Positions 1-14,722 of a stretch of 64,000 nt of DNA are shown piece by piece; the stretch's first letter is position 1; the number at the start of each line of letters is the position of its first letter. The notes under the pieces are model-generated. The model made no database searches. It was not told where the DNA came from and saw nothing but the letters and a program-made list of their open reading frames with translations. The stretch covers positions 15,128,001 through 15,192,000 of the forward strand of contig JBHGNT010000016.1 of assembly GCA_043228905.1 (NCBI GenBank), written 5' to 3'. Source of the stretch: Azolla caroliniana. Lineage: Eukaryota; Plantae; Polypodiophyta. The translations under genes and the position numbers were made by a program.

Positions 1-59
1 AATTATTGTAGCCTAATCAAGTGACCACGTTCTTTTCTCTAGTTGAATGCGGAGTTTCT

Positions 60-600
60 CATTTGTCGTTGCATTTCTTCACTCCGGATGTCCTCTTGAT
101 AGGGACCCCAAAGTCATTGTCAACTGTGTGTGCCAATCCATCCATGTCACTCTCTCGGAGTGGTCGACCTCATATTCTGGTATCTTAACCTTTCCTTTGT
201 CCGATGTGGCACTTGTTTGAAATGAGCTTTGGTTGCCCGGAGGCTCATGTGGTCCACTCAATATGGTTGAGATTGGACTTTCCTCCGCTTCTCTTTTGGC
301 ACATGCACATACGCAATGCTGCCAAATACCCTCAAATGTGCCAAGTTCAGCTTCCTTCCGAAGTACAGCTCATGTGGTGACACCTTTGCTCAATGTGTAC
401 GTATCTGATTCTAGATATAGACGGCTTTGGCCCTATAGAATTTTAGCATGCTTTTCTCCTTGAGCATTGCCCTGGTTGTTTTCACAATTGTCTGGTTCTT
501 CCGTTCGGCCCTACCGTTCTGCTCTGGCTTGTATCTACAAGAGAATTCGCACTGAATTCCTTCTTTCTGCAAATAACAGTTGAATTGGCTGGAAATGATG
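60..600 (-). pseudogene. Ty1/Copia integrase core fragment (degenerate)
   Basis: ORF 411-653 reads EGIQCEFSCRYKPEQNGRAERKNQTIVKTTRAML, the Copia rve motif TPQQNGxAERxNRT. Truncated, with no LTRs recognised. Confidence 0.75.
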
Positions 601-2901
601 GATCTCATATATGAAATGTAAATATTGTATGTTACATCAATATTATGATTCACAAATATGTATAAATATAGGTGTTAGTCATTTTGTAATTTTTGTACCT
701 TCTCTTGTAAATTTCACCTGTCGATTATTTAGGCATTTTTTGAAAGCCCTAAATTTTTAGACATGGTATAAATCAATATATTTTTATTCAATTTCCAAAA
801 ACTTTTACGCATGTGATGGTCCTTTTTGTGAAATGACCTACTTTATGTCTTTTTTGGATGGACTGTTCTTAAATTGCGACATATTACCTATTTCAAATGA
901 CCCGATGTTTTATAAGAAGGGGCCGAGAGCACTGTATAATTATCGATCTATAGTATGAAGTTTAATATAATTTTGAGTTAGAGTATATTCAGTGTGAAGT
1001 TGTTATTTTTTACTCTTAACTGTTATTTAGTATTTTGTGTTAACTACTAATCCAAATTTCCTCTTACTCGTGATCTATACAGTCGATCAGAGTTACTAAT
1101 TGTAACAAAGTGAGTTAATCAAGTAATTAAGTATCTGCGTAGAGTGTTTAAGTAATTGATAATCAGAGTCGACTGACTCCATCTCCTACCACAGTTTGTT
1201 GATAGAAAGACTCTGAGTAGTCCTTCGACCTTGTGTGTAGTTGACCCTAGTGAATAATCAAAAGGGGACAACACATAATTTGGCATGCCTTGTGTCGTGC
1301 CTTTCGGGGTTGGATCGTTTTGTGAGTCGGGTGGGAGCCGCCGAGGTTTTGGACTACAAGGAGGGGGGATTTGAGATGAATATATTGTAAGAGAGAGAGA
1401 GAGAGAGAGAAATAGAAAACTTGTAAATCTCACGAGTATAATGTATTTTATTAATCAATATTTAGATAAGAATGTGAATAGATTGAAAGAGAGAGATAAG
1501 AAAATTCATGAATCCCACGAGTATAATGTATTTTATTAATCATTATTTAGATAAGAATATGAATTTAGATTTAAAGAGAGAGAGAGAGAGAGAGAAAACT
1601 CATGAATCCCACAAGTATAGTTTATTAGATTAATCCATATTTAAAACCCTAATAATATCCAAGAATTTTGGCCCCAAATTTTTCAAACCCAATTACATTT
1701 TACTCCCATCCTTATATAGTGATGGACAAGGCTTTAGCAATCCATGTTTTTTCTGACTTCATGCTTTTTCTAACTATGAACTTTATCCTTTTTTCTAAAC
1801 TTAATGCTTTTTCTAACATGTTTTTTCTAAAAGTGATCATGCACACTAGATGTGCATGAGTATCTTTTTCTTAGAAAATGTGTAAGGATAACTTTTTCTA
1901 CATCAAAAATCTAATCTTTTAACAACCATGATATGTAACTTAGTATAATGGTAAGGTTTGAAATTGTTAACATGGAGGTATAGGGTTTTAATCTTGCCCT
2001 ATGCATGTAACATCATTTTAACATTTTTCTCATTTTCCTTCATACTTATTCAATCGAGTACTCCATACATTTTTTATGTAGTTTACAAATTGCACTATGA
2101 CACCGGTTACATTTGTCTGAGACAAAAGAACAAAGGAGAATGGATGTCGTCTGATCGATAGAGCAAGGATTAGTCGGTGGAGAATCATTGACCACACACA
2201 CGATCGGAGACCCTACATGCGCAGCAAACCAATTTAAGGGATGCTGAGATTTTCAACCAACTTCGGCAGGAGGCTGAAGAGGAATTAATTGAAATTCTGG
2301 ATTTGCATACGGTGACTGGCAGTAGCTCAGACGAAGAGTCATTCGACTTGCATCTACGACCAGTCGATTTCATAGACGACTTAGGGGACACAATGCCATA
2401 CCCTTCTTCAAAGTACAACGACGAAGCGGACATTAAGCAGGGAGAGTTCGAGTCCTTTCAGTGGCTACATGAGAAGTTTGTGCAATTATTTCATCATCAG
2501 GCTGCAGAGAGGCAACTCATTAACCAATTTTATGTTGTCTATCATGAGTATCATGAGTCGATACCACAATGTTGAGAATCAAGCTCAACATAGTCCAATG
2601 TGTGAACACACCTTTTGAGAATCTATGATTACTCAAAGGTCAAGAGTCACACCACTACTCTCTACACATTAACTATGTGTCATAGAATCATATTCTATGA
2701 CACATAACTATAGAGTTACATATTGCCCATGACTATGAGGCTTCACATTCCCCAAGAGAGAGTGGTTGTTGTAGTTAGTTAATGAATTGAGAGGGTGACT
2801 ATATATAAAGCACCCTCCTCATACTTCATATTAAGTCAGTTGTGACTCCTTGTAATGCTACATTTTTGTATCTCTTACTTTACTTGTTAATATACATCTA
2901 G

Positions 2902-3695
2902 CAATGGGCCCGGTTTCGGCTCGAACCGAACCGAACCGAAAAACTGTGGCTTAACGGTTTATAGGTTCAAAGATAACTAAACAGTTTGCTTTGGTTACAA
3001 ATGTTACTAATCGGTTTTGGTTCGGTTTTGAATTGACCGGCTTAGCGGCTTAGCGGCTTATCGGTTTCTGTTTATGTGGTTTGGTTTAAAGGTTTATAGG
3101 TTTATAGGTTAAAAAATACTCATAAATCTTTTCTATAAGCTATAACTTTCAACTTTTAATTTTAAACTCTTGTTTTAACTTATTAAATTTTATATATATT
3201 ATATATAGAGTCTCTTTTTCATTTATAATAATCAATTATGATAAGTATGATGATCAAATTTATAATTAGTATGATGATCAAATTTATGATTAATATGATG
3301 ACCAAAATTATGATAAGTATGATGACAAATTTTATAATAAGTATAATGACAAAATTTATGATGAGTATGATAAATAAATTTATGATGATTTTCTCACACA
3401 CATTTATACTAAGTATAATGATTAATATCAATAAAAAATGGTTTGGTTTGGTTTGGTTTTGATTTATAATAAACTAGTTTGGTTTGGTTTTAAATTTTTC
3501 GTAAAAGGTTTGGTTTCTCTTATGCTTTAAACGGTTTGGTTTAATGGTTCAGCTCTAAACGGTTCGGTTTAAATGGCTTCATAAATTTTAAAACAGTTTG
3601 GTTCGGTTTTTTTTATTAATAAATGGTTCGGTTTGGTTTGGTTTGGTTTGAAGGCCAAGAAACCAAACCAAACCGAAACCGAACCGGGCCCATTG
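2902..3695. mobile_element. Non-autonomous TIR element (hAT-like MITE)
   Basis: Perfect terminal inverted repeat CAATGGGCCCGGTT / AACCGGGCCCATTG; flanks ACATCTAG / ACATCTTC (imperfect 8-bp TSD); subterminal AACCG/GGTTT arrays; absent from the homologous LTR at 49006. Confidence 0.85.
3230..3430. repeat. AT-rich ~24-bp tandem repeat inside the MITE
   Basis: Units like ATGATAAGTATGATGATCAAATTT; they explain the low-complexity ORFs 3219-3462. Confidence 0.75.
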
Positions 3696-6600
3696 ACATC
3701 TTCGTCTTGAGTACTTCATTGTGTTCCCATTCTATCTAATCTATCTTGTGTTTCTCTTCTCTTCTCTCTTTCCTCTCACACATACACATAACACACATCT
3801 CTTCCACTACACAAGAATCATACCCGATTCTTTACACACAATTTATAATCAGATTTTAAAATCTTCAAAGGCAACTTGCACGACCACCTCCTGAAGAAGA
3901 TTCCAAAGACACCTTTCTGACGGCCCTTTGAGAGCCGCTACGAATGACACTAGTGCTAGATTTTAAGGATGTGCCTTTCGAACAAGTCGTGGACAAGGTA
4001 TTGATCATGGATAAGGCATAAACCAGAAATACGATATCAATGGCCTCCTTGCATAAATTGTTACAAGCATGACCATACTTTATCCACGTGTATAGAATAC
4101 TAGGGTAAATTCTCACCACGGGATATTATATGGTCATTTCCGTAACATAAATCCTTGCCGACTCTAGAAGAATTGCACTTTCGGCAAGCAGTTCAATGTA
4201 TGAGCTGCATTAATCCAAGTCATTCTACGATCGAGTGCACACTCAAAACCCATAGCCCAATTTGTCACTCGAAGGCTCACATGATTGATCACGTGAGTAC
4301 AATTTACTCAACAAGTTGGTGGCTACAATTACACAAATAGATCCACAAGAAGAACGAGAACGGGGGCATGACATAATTCTTCAAACGAATCAATTTAGGG
4401 AGGTCTATCGACCTCGATACAATGACCGTTACCGATCAGACCCCAATCGTAGGCACCACGATACTTATCGACGCGATGAGTATTGTAATAATTATCGACG
4501 AATGGACGGCTCAGATAATTATGGAATGGATAATCGAAACAGTTCCAATCGGGACTATGCACCTGGGTATGACTAGAACAGCCGAAGAAATCTCAACAGA
4601 GATCATCACAACGAGCGGCGGTATTATGATAACGGCCGACCAAACAATTGTCGGTCGAACAATCACGAAAGAAACAACAACTACAGATATCCTAAGCACA
4701 GCTGGCAGTTTCAACACAGCAATCGACACAGGGATGAAGCAGAGCAACGGGATTTTCGACCGCTCCAACCGCAAATAGAGAAAGGTGAATCAAGTGGGTC
4801 GGTTGAGCCTATCTACTATATTTGTCGAAAGGATGGACATTATGTCAATCAGTGCCCAACAAAGGATAAAGTCAAAGCTTCAGTTTTTAACATGGTTACA
4901 ACAGAAGTGCAACTAGTGATGACCAAGAGCAAGGCAAAACAATCCGAATGGGACACACAATAAGTTATTCACAAAGCCGCTCAAGAATGGATCGAACAAG
5001 CTATTAAGCGAAATGTCGATCAAATGATTCAAGAGAATAGTGAAATGGTCAAAAAGGTACCAACTGCCAACAAGAAGAATGAATCGGCAAAGTCGACACC
5101 CGAGAATGATCCCACATGGCAGGTGCTTGCCAACTGTCAAGTAACTTTACCATTGGCTGGGTTACTAAAGTTAGTACCCAGATTTACAGAAATGGTCACA
5201 ACAATACTCACCAACAAAAAATCAAAACAGGTAGAGGTTAATTTCACAAATCCAGTTAAAGGATCGACAATAATGGATGAGCAAAGCCCAGCAATCAAAG
5301 TAATCATTCGAGGCCAAGAGGTTCCGAATAGCATAGTGGATGGTGGCTCGGGGAGTAAATGTCATTAATAAAACCACATGTGATTGACTTGGCATCACAG
5401 AATGGAGGCATGTCCATTTTGGTTACGAATGGTGGATACAAGCATTGTCCGACAACTGGTATTAATTCGACAACTGGATATTGTCATCGGAGGACATTCG
5501 TTCCAAATATCGGTAGTCGTCCTACATTTAGAGGCGTCAGGTGCATACATGTTGCTATTAGGTCGACCATGGCTTCGAAGAACTAATATCAAACAAAATT
5601 GACAGAAGAATCTTATCACTTTTTGGAAGGGCAAGACAAAAATCAAAGTTCCAACTTAAGGGAATGTGATAACAAAACGAGAATTGGTGCCTTTATATGT
5701 TGAATCCGTCAATATGATGGAAGGATTAGATGATAGGGAACTAGATCAATACTTACATGAAAATCCCAAGATCATTTCCTTATTTGAAATTGTTATAGTC
5801 GAAATTATCACTCCGTACATCAACAATGAAGAAAATGTAGATGTTCCGACCGATGATAAAACTTTAATGGAGTTATGACATAAAGAGGAAGCCATGGAAG
5901 TGTGTGCAAGCTTCTACACTCGAATTAAATCTGGCAAAAAATGACAATGAGCCGAAAACTGTTTTAATAGCTAGGGAGATGCAATCGGATGAAAACACCA
6001 AACTTGTTAGCATTACTACGATAGTATAAGGATGTATTTGCGTCGTCGTTCGAGGATATTAAAGGGCTTGAAACTGCCTTCTATCAACATCAAATTAACC
6101 TACATAGAGATGTCAAGCCGGTACAACAACAACAATACTGAATGAATCCCAATTACGCCGCCCGAGTAAAAGAAGAAATTGTCGATTTGTTAAGGGTCAA
6201 ATTCATTCAACCAGTAAAGTGGTCATGCCCAAGAAGAATGGGAAAATTCAGGATTATGTCGACTATAGAAAACTTAATGTCGCAACAGTCATGGATGCTT
6301 TTGCTTATTCACAAATGCAATACTTGACGCAATGGCAAGCCACGAAATATATAGTTTTCTTGATGGATTTAGCGACTAAAATCATATTCCAATGCAACTG
6401 GATAATCAACAAAAGACAGGAATGGGATGTTTTCGTCACAATCATAGTGACAGATGGCCTCAAAACAACGTTGACCACATTTCAAAGAATTATTGTTGAA
6501 GTCTTTTCGGATTACATTCCTGCATTGATGTAGGTATTTCTTGACGACTTCACAATCCACAGTCATACCGACCAGCCCATGTTGAGCTTGTCTCTCAACA

Positions 6601-7199
6601 AAAACTTATCTTATGATTAGTTAGTTAAGGTTATGCACATAACAATCTACCCCACTTCAAATGATTGCACTCTTGCTACAACTGATTGAGGGTAGTAAGT
6701 TTAGATGTGCTCTCCCAACTAAAAGATTGATCAATTAGCAAATAAACTAATGTGTAAGAACTATTAAAGATCTACAAACTGGTGGGGCTAATTTAGTTGA
6801 CTTACCCATAAACAAACACTCATAGTTTAAAATTATACATAAAAATACCATCTATCTAGGGTTTACATGAAGTTATCAATGTACGTTAACATAAAATCAT
6901 GTAACTTATCCCATTCAATATTCAACATATATTTGCATAACCCTCAATCCAGTCAATGTATATATATATAGAGATAACTCTATAATATGAAGCTATTGTT
7001 CCTAGGAGCTTGAAAACAACATCCTGATTAATTTGAACACGTGATGTATTAATCCATCACATTGCTCAAGGTTGTTTCTACTGTTCCATAACGAATTTTT
7101 GAACCAAAAGATTCACTTATAACTGGAAATCTTGCACTCATATTTGTTAATAATTTGACAATGGTTTCAATTACTTACATTAATCATTAATATCATTGA

Positions 7200-7820
7200 C
7201 ATCACCTCTCAGTCCAGAGCCCTTTGTTGCGAGTATTTAGTGGTTATTTTTTCATGCTGTTAGTTTGTTGGGTTTAGATAACCATGTGTTGTGAGTTTTC
7301 GGGGGTTTATTTTGCCTGTTGTTGGTTGGTTTTAGCCGATAGAGGAAATTTTATATTACTTTTACACACCACTCGATTGCTTAGACTACAAATTGAGTGC
7401 ACGCTTTCGCTTTATAGTGAATAGCCTACGTCCCGTGGTAAAGGTTTTTTATGTTCAAAATGTGTGGTGTATAATTTATACCTTTCGTTGTGTCTTCATG
7501 TTTTAGTTGAGTAATTTTGCACAACATAATATTTGTCATACAAGTGACAAATGCACTATAGAGATTCTGATCAAGTGGTATCAGAGCCAGGTTTTAGAAC
7601 TTTACTATGGAAGCAATTTTATACACATGGGTTTGCTTGAACAACACAATCTAACAAATAAAAAGATAAGATGAAAGATCTACTTTGTGTTAACAGTCTA
7701 AGACTTACATATTTTCGCAAGGAGTATACCTGAGAGCAAAACCACCACGGTAAAAAGGCATAGGTTTTCCAGAAACAGCAAGTATGTAGTGGTTTTATTG
7801 TACAATGGGTAGAAGAACTT
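7200..7820 (+). mobile_element. Copia remnant: LTR end, tRNA-iMet PBS and decayed gag start
   Basis: TCA-AG-TGGTATCAGAGCC at 7571-7588, followed by a decayed LNNxNxxxxKxKMKDLL-like gag start. Left boundary approximate. Confidence 0.6.
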
Positions 7821-10429
7821 TAATTCGAATGCAATTTGTTGACTGGCAATATTATAAGACATAAATTCTTACTTCAACCAAAAGGCACACTACCATTCTT
7901 TTCACGACCAGTGCAAACGCTATCAGCTAAAGATCGATGTATGCAGAAGATTGAACGCACCACTGATCAATCCTGACCCAGTAACAAATTTAAAGAACTT
8001 AAATTACGCAGTAGGTTCGTCAAAAGGCTGAAATTGAAACAAACGACAGACTAAAGGAAATAACCAATAGCTAAGACTAAATAAAGACAGATTGAAATAC
8101 ATGAAGACATATCAATTCACAGGTTTCGCAGGAATCTGTTCAGGAAACAAGAAGACTAACTCAAAAGGGAAATCAACATCTAAAACAAGTAGCAGACCGG
8201 AATGCAAACGAGACGAGAGTGTGTGCGCTCATATTCTATGGGTGTGTATATACTTCGTCTTCAGGTGGGGAGAATAAACTTCCCATCACAGAACGAGGAA
8301 TTGTTTCTCAATCATAGCACAGTCACTCTGCCTGAGGTCCAATAGATGAGAAAGAAGATCAGGAAAAAGATAACCCTAGACAATATCAGGCGCACAAATA
8401 GAAACAGTTCTCATCTCTAAGACACATGCTTAGTTCTTTGCAGACATGGCAGAAGAAGAAGTTGCAGGAGAAGTCCCTCCTCTGTGGGGGATTAAAGTTT
8501 AGTTCCAAACCCTAACAGAGGACCCTAGGTTTATATAGAAACATAGAGAAAGGAGAAAGGTTTATATAAGTCCCCTCTCTCGGTTTCACACTTGGGCGAG
8601 AGACAAAAAGAAAAGGATACTCTCTCCCTCACATACTTTTTAACGAATACTCTCTCAAAATCTGCTCCTTGGCTCCTGCCTTACCATATGTAGTATACAT
8701 ACATACATACATCGGTTGCAGTCAAACTGAGATATTTGAAGCTCCTGATTCGATTTGAGTTACATTCTCGATTTGATTGTGTTGCGGAACAATGTTTCAA
8801 ACTCGCTCTTACTGTGGGCGCACCACAAACATTTTACGTCATTCAAATTCTCTATAGGTAGATGGTTTGTGGACAATGCCATTGGTATTAACATCACTTG
8901 CTTAGGACAGAGGTCGCGATAGTTGAGGACCTTCCCCATCTCTACTTTAATGGTGCAAATACGAGGTTGGCAAAATGGATCCTTTTCTACCTAACAAGTG
9001 ACAACAAGTGAGGATTGCTCCCATCACAATGCATATGCATTCATTGACTAGATAGAATAGATCAATGAATAATTACATGACACATACCAAATCATCATGA
9101 AGACATGGATTCAACTCAAGGAAAAAGAATTTGCAACTCGCTTCTCAATCGTGGCAAAGTCATGAAGAGTCATCATTAGGAATTGGCAATAGTTCAGTTT
9201 CGACTAAATCAGTTTAGCATTGTCCAAGCCGAATTGGTTAAGCCTTAACTAGTATGGAGTTCAAACTTGAACCAAACCAAACCCTAAACCAGTTGGGATC
9301 ATCTAATGGATGGTGCATCAGTCATGCCTTGGTCATATGATGCATCATGGATGGGTCATGTGGGTCACGTAGCCACAAAGGACAAATTTTGAAAGCTCTT
9401 TGAAATGTTTCCAATGCTCATCATCAACTTGGTCATTTACTAAATATATTGATATAATACAAACAATTCATAGGTTACTATGAAAACTTTGTAGCATTTA
9501 AACCAAGTGAACACTATTACGTCTTTCATGGTAAAATGAATCACCAAAGTAGTGGAAAAGATGCATGTCTCCCAATATATAAGCATGACATTTGTAACTA
9601 GTGAGAAAGACGAAGACGAGTATGAACAAGCATAAGGGTAAGTACAAGTAAAATTGAAGAATCCATCCCAACACAAACAAAGTAGGGTTCTTATGGTCAA
9701 GGGAACTCCATCAATGACAACCAAAATTGATATGAGTACAAACAATAAATTCCTTGCTAAACCATTAATGTTACATATTATATTATATTATATTTAAAAA
9801 TTGCAAGAGATTAGGGCTACCAGGAAGGAGAATTTTGGTCAATCGTTCTAGAAATTGTTGGAAAAGGGAAGCTCCAAATGGATGAGGCCAATGAAGCCGA
9901 GCAAAGAGTTTAGATGATGAAGGGATGAAATGATCTTGTGGAAGAGAAGATGGACCTCGTAGAGGCCATATGCCAAAATTACGAAGTTCTTGTCACAAAA
10001 AGAGGAAAAGGTTGGACAAAAAAGTAGGGCCTTCAATGAAACAAGATAATAGAGAAGTTGTTTGAATATGAGAAGAATTAATGACGAGTCAAACGATGAA
10101 TGCAAAAGGGAAAGAAAGAATAGAGTTGGCGTTCAAGCTTCATAAAGAAATAGAGCAAACCACCAACCTGAAGCGAGCGATGGAATTTATATTGTGATAA
10201 ATATTTGGAAGGAATTTCATAACATTATCATTGTTTCAATGAAGAGAAAGTGGAAGTGTTACATGCATAGCCATACTTGATCATGAGATAGGTTTTCCGT
10301 AGTTTTCCCTAATCTCATGATGAGTACATGTGGGTTAATTTTGAAGGGAATGAATTGTAATATTCAATTCTATGATGTTAGGTAACTATTAACCGTGTTA
10401 TCACTTACCCACTTTAAATAAAGTTTTCA

Positions 10430-10670
10430 AGTGTGAACACTAAGGAGACTAGCTACCTTCTTATCAAGGGAGGCTTGACTTATGTTGAGACTATGACAGT
10501 GTGGCTATGGCTCGTTGTTAGCTAACCACATCCATTCATCGCAAAACCCAAGGTAAGACTCGCATCAACCATTAATGGTAACAAATATAGAGGAGGTACA
10601 GGTCCATCTCACGTCGTTATTAAGGGGTAGTCAAGTGGTTTGGTACCGCCTCTTTCCTTTCATTGATCTA
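10430..10670. repeat. ~240-bp direct repeat, copy 1 (copy 2 at 48766-49005)
   Basis: GTGTGAACACTAAGGAG...CCTTTCATTGATCTAT occurs at both sites. Confidence 0.8.
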
Positions 10671-10749
10671 TAATTCTTTAAGTTTTGCTTAATTAACTAG
10701 TTAGACTCGAACAATTGGTATGAGAGATACTAGTTACACTCGAACAATG

Positions 10750-13700
10750 GTGCTAGTTTGTATCTCGAGGATGATTTTTCCCGGTCGCCACTTGTTGGCA
10801 TTTGCCAAAATGGTTCTACTTAAGCTCTTAGTGTTTGTCCTATAGGTTTTCTGGCTCCCGCCGATTATTCCTTAGTGTAGTCATTTGTGTTGTCCCTACT
10901 CTTCTTTCGTCTAATGAATGTATTCGATAGTGGTGGGCCTATGTAGGGTTTAATTGGGAACCCATTCACCCATTTCAGTACCTCGTCTCTAACTAATGTG
11001 CCCAACTAATATGTACTGTTAAATTCGTTGATTATCCAAATGAATATGGTCCAATCCACCGAAACCTTAATTTCCTTGGCATTAAGGCAATCTGGGTATG
11101 GAATACTAACACAACTTTGTCGATTTCGAATAATTTCTCGTTACCCTTGCGATGCCGATCCACAAATGTCTTTCGTTGACAATGGCTCTCTTGTATATGC
11201 CATATAGTTTTTAAACAGTCTTCCTCTGCCATATAGAGTGCTAATTTCGACCAAGTAGCAATGGGGAATGTGTAGGTAAACATATGTATATGCAAAGACC
11301 TTCAACTTGGATCAATTACCATAACATAAGTATGAAATGGACGTAAAAGGAAAGAAACTAGATTACTATGTATTTTATGGACCTCAACTACTCCATTGAT
11401 TACTACAAAGAAGAGGAAGTTTGTTTGCTAATCATATGATCATTGAGAAGTTGTCCCACATAGTAAGGTAGGGGAGGGCCATGGCTATAAAATGGAAAGG
11501 TGGATGAAACATTCGAAATTTATCTTTGCGCTTGGGGTAATGACGTAGTTAGTGAGGGCTTCCTGAGACGCGCCAATTGCTGGTTGAAAACTATTTCCAA
11601 CCCCCCTCCTTGGCTTTTGAAAGAGAGCCTTGGAGAATTTTTGTAAAGTCCCCTCCCCCAAATCTTTGGAGGGGTGGGCCTAGAAAATCAAAACCCTACA
11701 AAATATGTATGTGTATGTGTACATAATACACTAACAAATATTTATGTGTATGTGTTCATTATGAGTATATACATAATCTTGCCGTAGGACGCATGTTTTT
11801 GTCTTTTTCTTTGTTGTTAAAGATATCCAATCATTAGTATAAAGCAATTTACATTGTTTCCATTCTCAAGTGATTAGTGGATTGAACAACCCTCTTGGTG
11901 GCTGAAAGTGCCAAAAAGGATTACCACCTTTGGAGGAAATAAGTGTAATAGCTCTCCATTGAGTAAGAAACTAATGGTGATGAGCAACTTTTGCTTCAGA
12001 ATCTCTAATAAGACAATCTCCTTGTCCTTATAAAGTATGCATCATGTCTAGCCAAATATTACGTACCATTTCAACTGGTGAGGCTCTAGCTTGATGGAAA
12101 GTATTAGACCAAGAAGCCTTTCAAATGTAATATATAGTAATATTACACAATAACTCCCATAATGGTGGCATCTCCTTCCTTCTTCCTAAAAATTGCATGG
12201 ACAATAAAAGGAAATACACGAACTATTCCGAAATTATTGCTAAAACATGGTCTATAAACTTAGCATCAGAGTGTAAAACAGTGCCTACAAGCAAACACTT
12301 ACTAATTCACTTTATTTGTGAGTTTTGGTTTAACTTCTGCTCATCAAGTTCAAATTCAAGACGTGGTTTGGATCCATTAGGACCGCAAAGAAGCAAAGCG
12401 TTGGCTCCTATGTTTCGCAAATATGCTAAAATGGGTGATGCAAGGACATGCTTTCATTTTGACATATCACATTTTGCTATGTTGTAATAGCACCACAATT
12501 TCTATATTTTTCCATTATTTGCTTCGATTTAGGTTAGGTTGGTTACCCGTGCTCATGGACTATGTTGAAGAATGATCGTAGATGGGAGTTCACAAACTTT
12601 ACTGCTTTTTAAAGATCCATTATGAATACTTTATATTTTTTAAGAATGGTGTGTCGTTGGGCATACACAAGAATCATATCAAGCATTTAGTGATTCAATT
12701 ATGATGGAAAAAGCAGCATAAAAATTCAAATTGACAAACAAACACAACATAATGAAATAGTTTTCTTTTAACTTTCAAGCTTCATAGGTTATAAATATGG
12801 GAATGCAAATACAAAAACTCCTTGTTGCATTTAGGGCTACCAATCTTACAAAATGATTTACAATATCAAGATCTAAAATTTAATCACCGTCACGGGGGAA
12901 TCACCAAAGCATCAAGTTTATAACAAACTTGGTACTAAGTCAAAAACGTGATCACCATTCACATGAAAGAAAAAATAAATTGACATCAGTGGTGTCTAAA
13001 GCATGTCTCCTTCAAACTATATCGTAATCAAACCACCCTCCATAGTACTATTTGCTATCCTACTTCTACCTACATGTGCTCACACATACCCTGAAGAAGA
13101 AAGAAGAAGGTTTACCTATATATGTGAGTAGTGCATGAGATTGATGGAGAAGACAACACTTCCACAAATGATAAAAGTAGGGCTATGTTGCCAGTAAAGA
13201 TCAACGTTTTCTCAAGCTTCCTCCTTAAGATCAACGTTTTCTCAAGCTTCCTCCTTACATTTTTATCGCTCGATGTCTCTTGAATTTTTATTCTCTCTAG
13301 TTATCGAAGGAAAAGTCTCCTATATTTCTATAACTTCAACATCCCCACACCAAGAAATTTGTTTGCTTTCATGTGAGACGATAACAAATTGACCATTTCA
13401 TTGTTAAGAGAATCAATTCACATAGATATCATCTCCTTTATGGCCCTAAGGTAAAACCCTAATTTGTCCTCATCACATTTGTGGGCCTTGCGCATGTATC
13501 AATGTATTTACATCCATCCACACACACACACACACACACACACACGCATGCCACACACACACACACACACACACATCCATCTGTACAATACACACCCAAT
13601 TCACATCCCACACAAATCTTTTATTTAGGTTTAGGTTTAGGCTCGAATAAAATGTTTGATATCTCAATCATGACATTAGTGCGCACACTCACAAAGTGTC

Positions 13701-14722
13701 CCACGGTTGTTCAATGTTCCGGCTTTTCACTGTCAACTGTTTCTCGACATCCAAAATATTGTTTTGTTTAGGTTTTATAGTTTGAGAATTCCCTTACGGT
13801 ATGTGATATGTCTAATCATGACATCCTTTGAATTTGGAATGTTTATAACCTCAGTTGTTGTAAGTATTCTTGATAGACTTCGATTCAATTATATGAGCAA
13901 TATAACACGTTACTATAAGTTAGTATGTGTATGTGTATGTATATGTTTATGTATCTATGTGTACGACACACAAAATTCACATCCCACCCATATCTATGTC
14001 TTCTCACCCCCCTCCTTGAAAACTATGTCTTTGATCAAGCAGAAGTTCCGGCTTTTCACCGCCAACTGTTTCTCGACATCCAAAATATTGTTTTGTTTAG
14101 GTTTTACAGTTCGAGAATTCCCTTAGGGTATGTGATATGTCTAAGCATGATATCTTCTAAATTTGGAATGTTTATAACCTCAGTTTTTGTAAATATTCCT
14201 GATGGATTCCGATTCACTGAAATCAACAATATAACATGTTACTACAAATTTGTATGTGTATGTGAATGTATCTATGTGTATGGGACACACAATTCACATC
14301 CCACCATTATCTATTATTTAGGTTCAGGTTTAGTCTCCAACAAAATGTTTGGTATCTCAATCATGGCATTTGTGCGCACATTGACAATGTGTCCCACATC
14401 GTGAGGCATGGGATGGCCATGGTTATAAAAGAGAAAAGGGAGCAAACAATCAAATCATCTTTGCGCTTGGGGCAATGACGTAGTTAGTGAGGGCTTCCCG
14501 AGACGCGTCAATTGCTGGTTGAAAACTATTTCCGACCCCCCTCCTTGGCTCTTGAAAGAGAGCGTTGGAGAATTTTTGGAAAGGCCCCCTATCTCTTCGG
14601 AGGGGTGGGCCTAGCAAAAACCGTAACACAAACATTGAAAGAAGAATTAGTTGCCTTGTTTTGATGAGCATAGGTTTCGTCCTTGTTTGGTCTTTCACGC
14701 TAGTTATTTTGTGTTCGTCTTC
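10750..14722. repeat. Tandem duplication unit, copy 1 (continues at 39268-39660 after the nested retroelement)
   Basis: Near-identical to ~39660-44610; ORF pairs 11032/39945, 12197/41111, 13481/42365 and 14450/44338. Begins with a minus-strand Gypsy integrase C-terminal fragment. Confidence 0.92.
13519..13575. repeat. (CA)n microsatellite (paralogue at ~42406-42459)
   Basis: Read directly from the sequence. Confidence 0.9.

Larger units (their letters stand above)
2570..3836 (+). mobile_element. Solo LTR (probably Copia) with 5-bp TSD CACAA, containing a MITE
   Basis: TG...CA ends; CACAA at 2565-2569 and 3837-3841; closely similar to the LTR at 49006-49474; the gag frame resumes across it. 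Confidence 0.9.
2100..6565 (+). mobile_element. Old degenerate Ty3/Gypsy internal region (gag-PR-RT), same family as the elements at 14723 and 17153; interrupted by a solo LTR
   Basis: Broken frames give gag (RFxNLQRQLARPPPEEDSKDTFL), Zn knuckles (4190-4300, ~4820-4860), protease IVDGGSG, LLGRPWL, and RT MNPNYAARVKEEI...VDYRKLN...VFLDD. Many stops and frameshifts. Confidence 0.85.

Noticed and set aside
812-1193. Possible LTR (TGTG...CACA with TATA)
   Set aside because: No partner copy, TSD or clear PBS.
3219-3462. Ile/Met-rich hydrophobic ORFs on both strands
   Set aside because: Translation of an AT-rich minisatellite in a MITE.
7830-10400. LTR-like and decayed coding-like sequence
   Set aside because: Probably old transposon debris, but no boundaries or protein motifs could be established.
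12197-12487. Duplicated 96-aa ORF (also 41111-41401) as a host gene
   Set aside because: Identity is explained by the recent duplication; no motif recognised.
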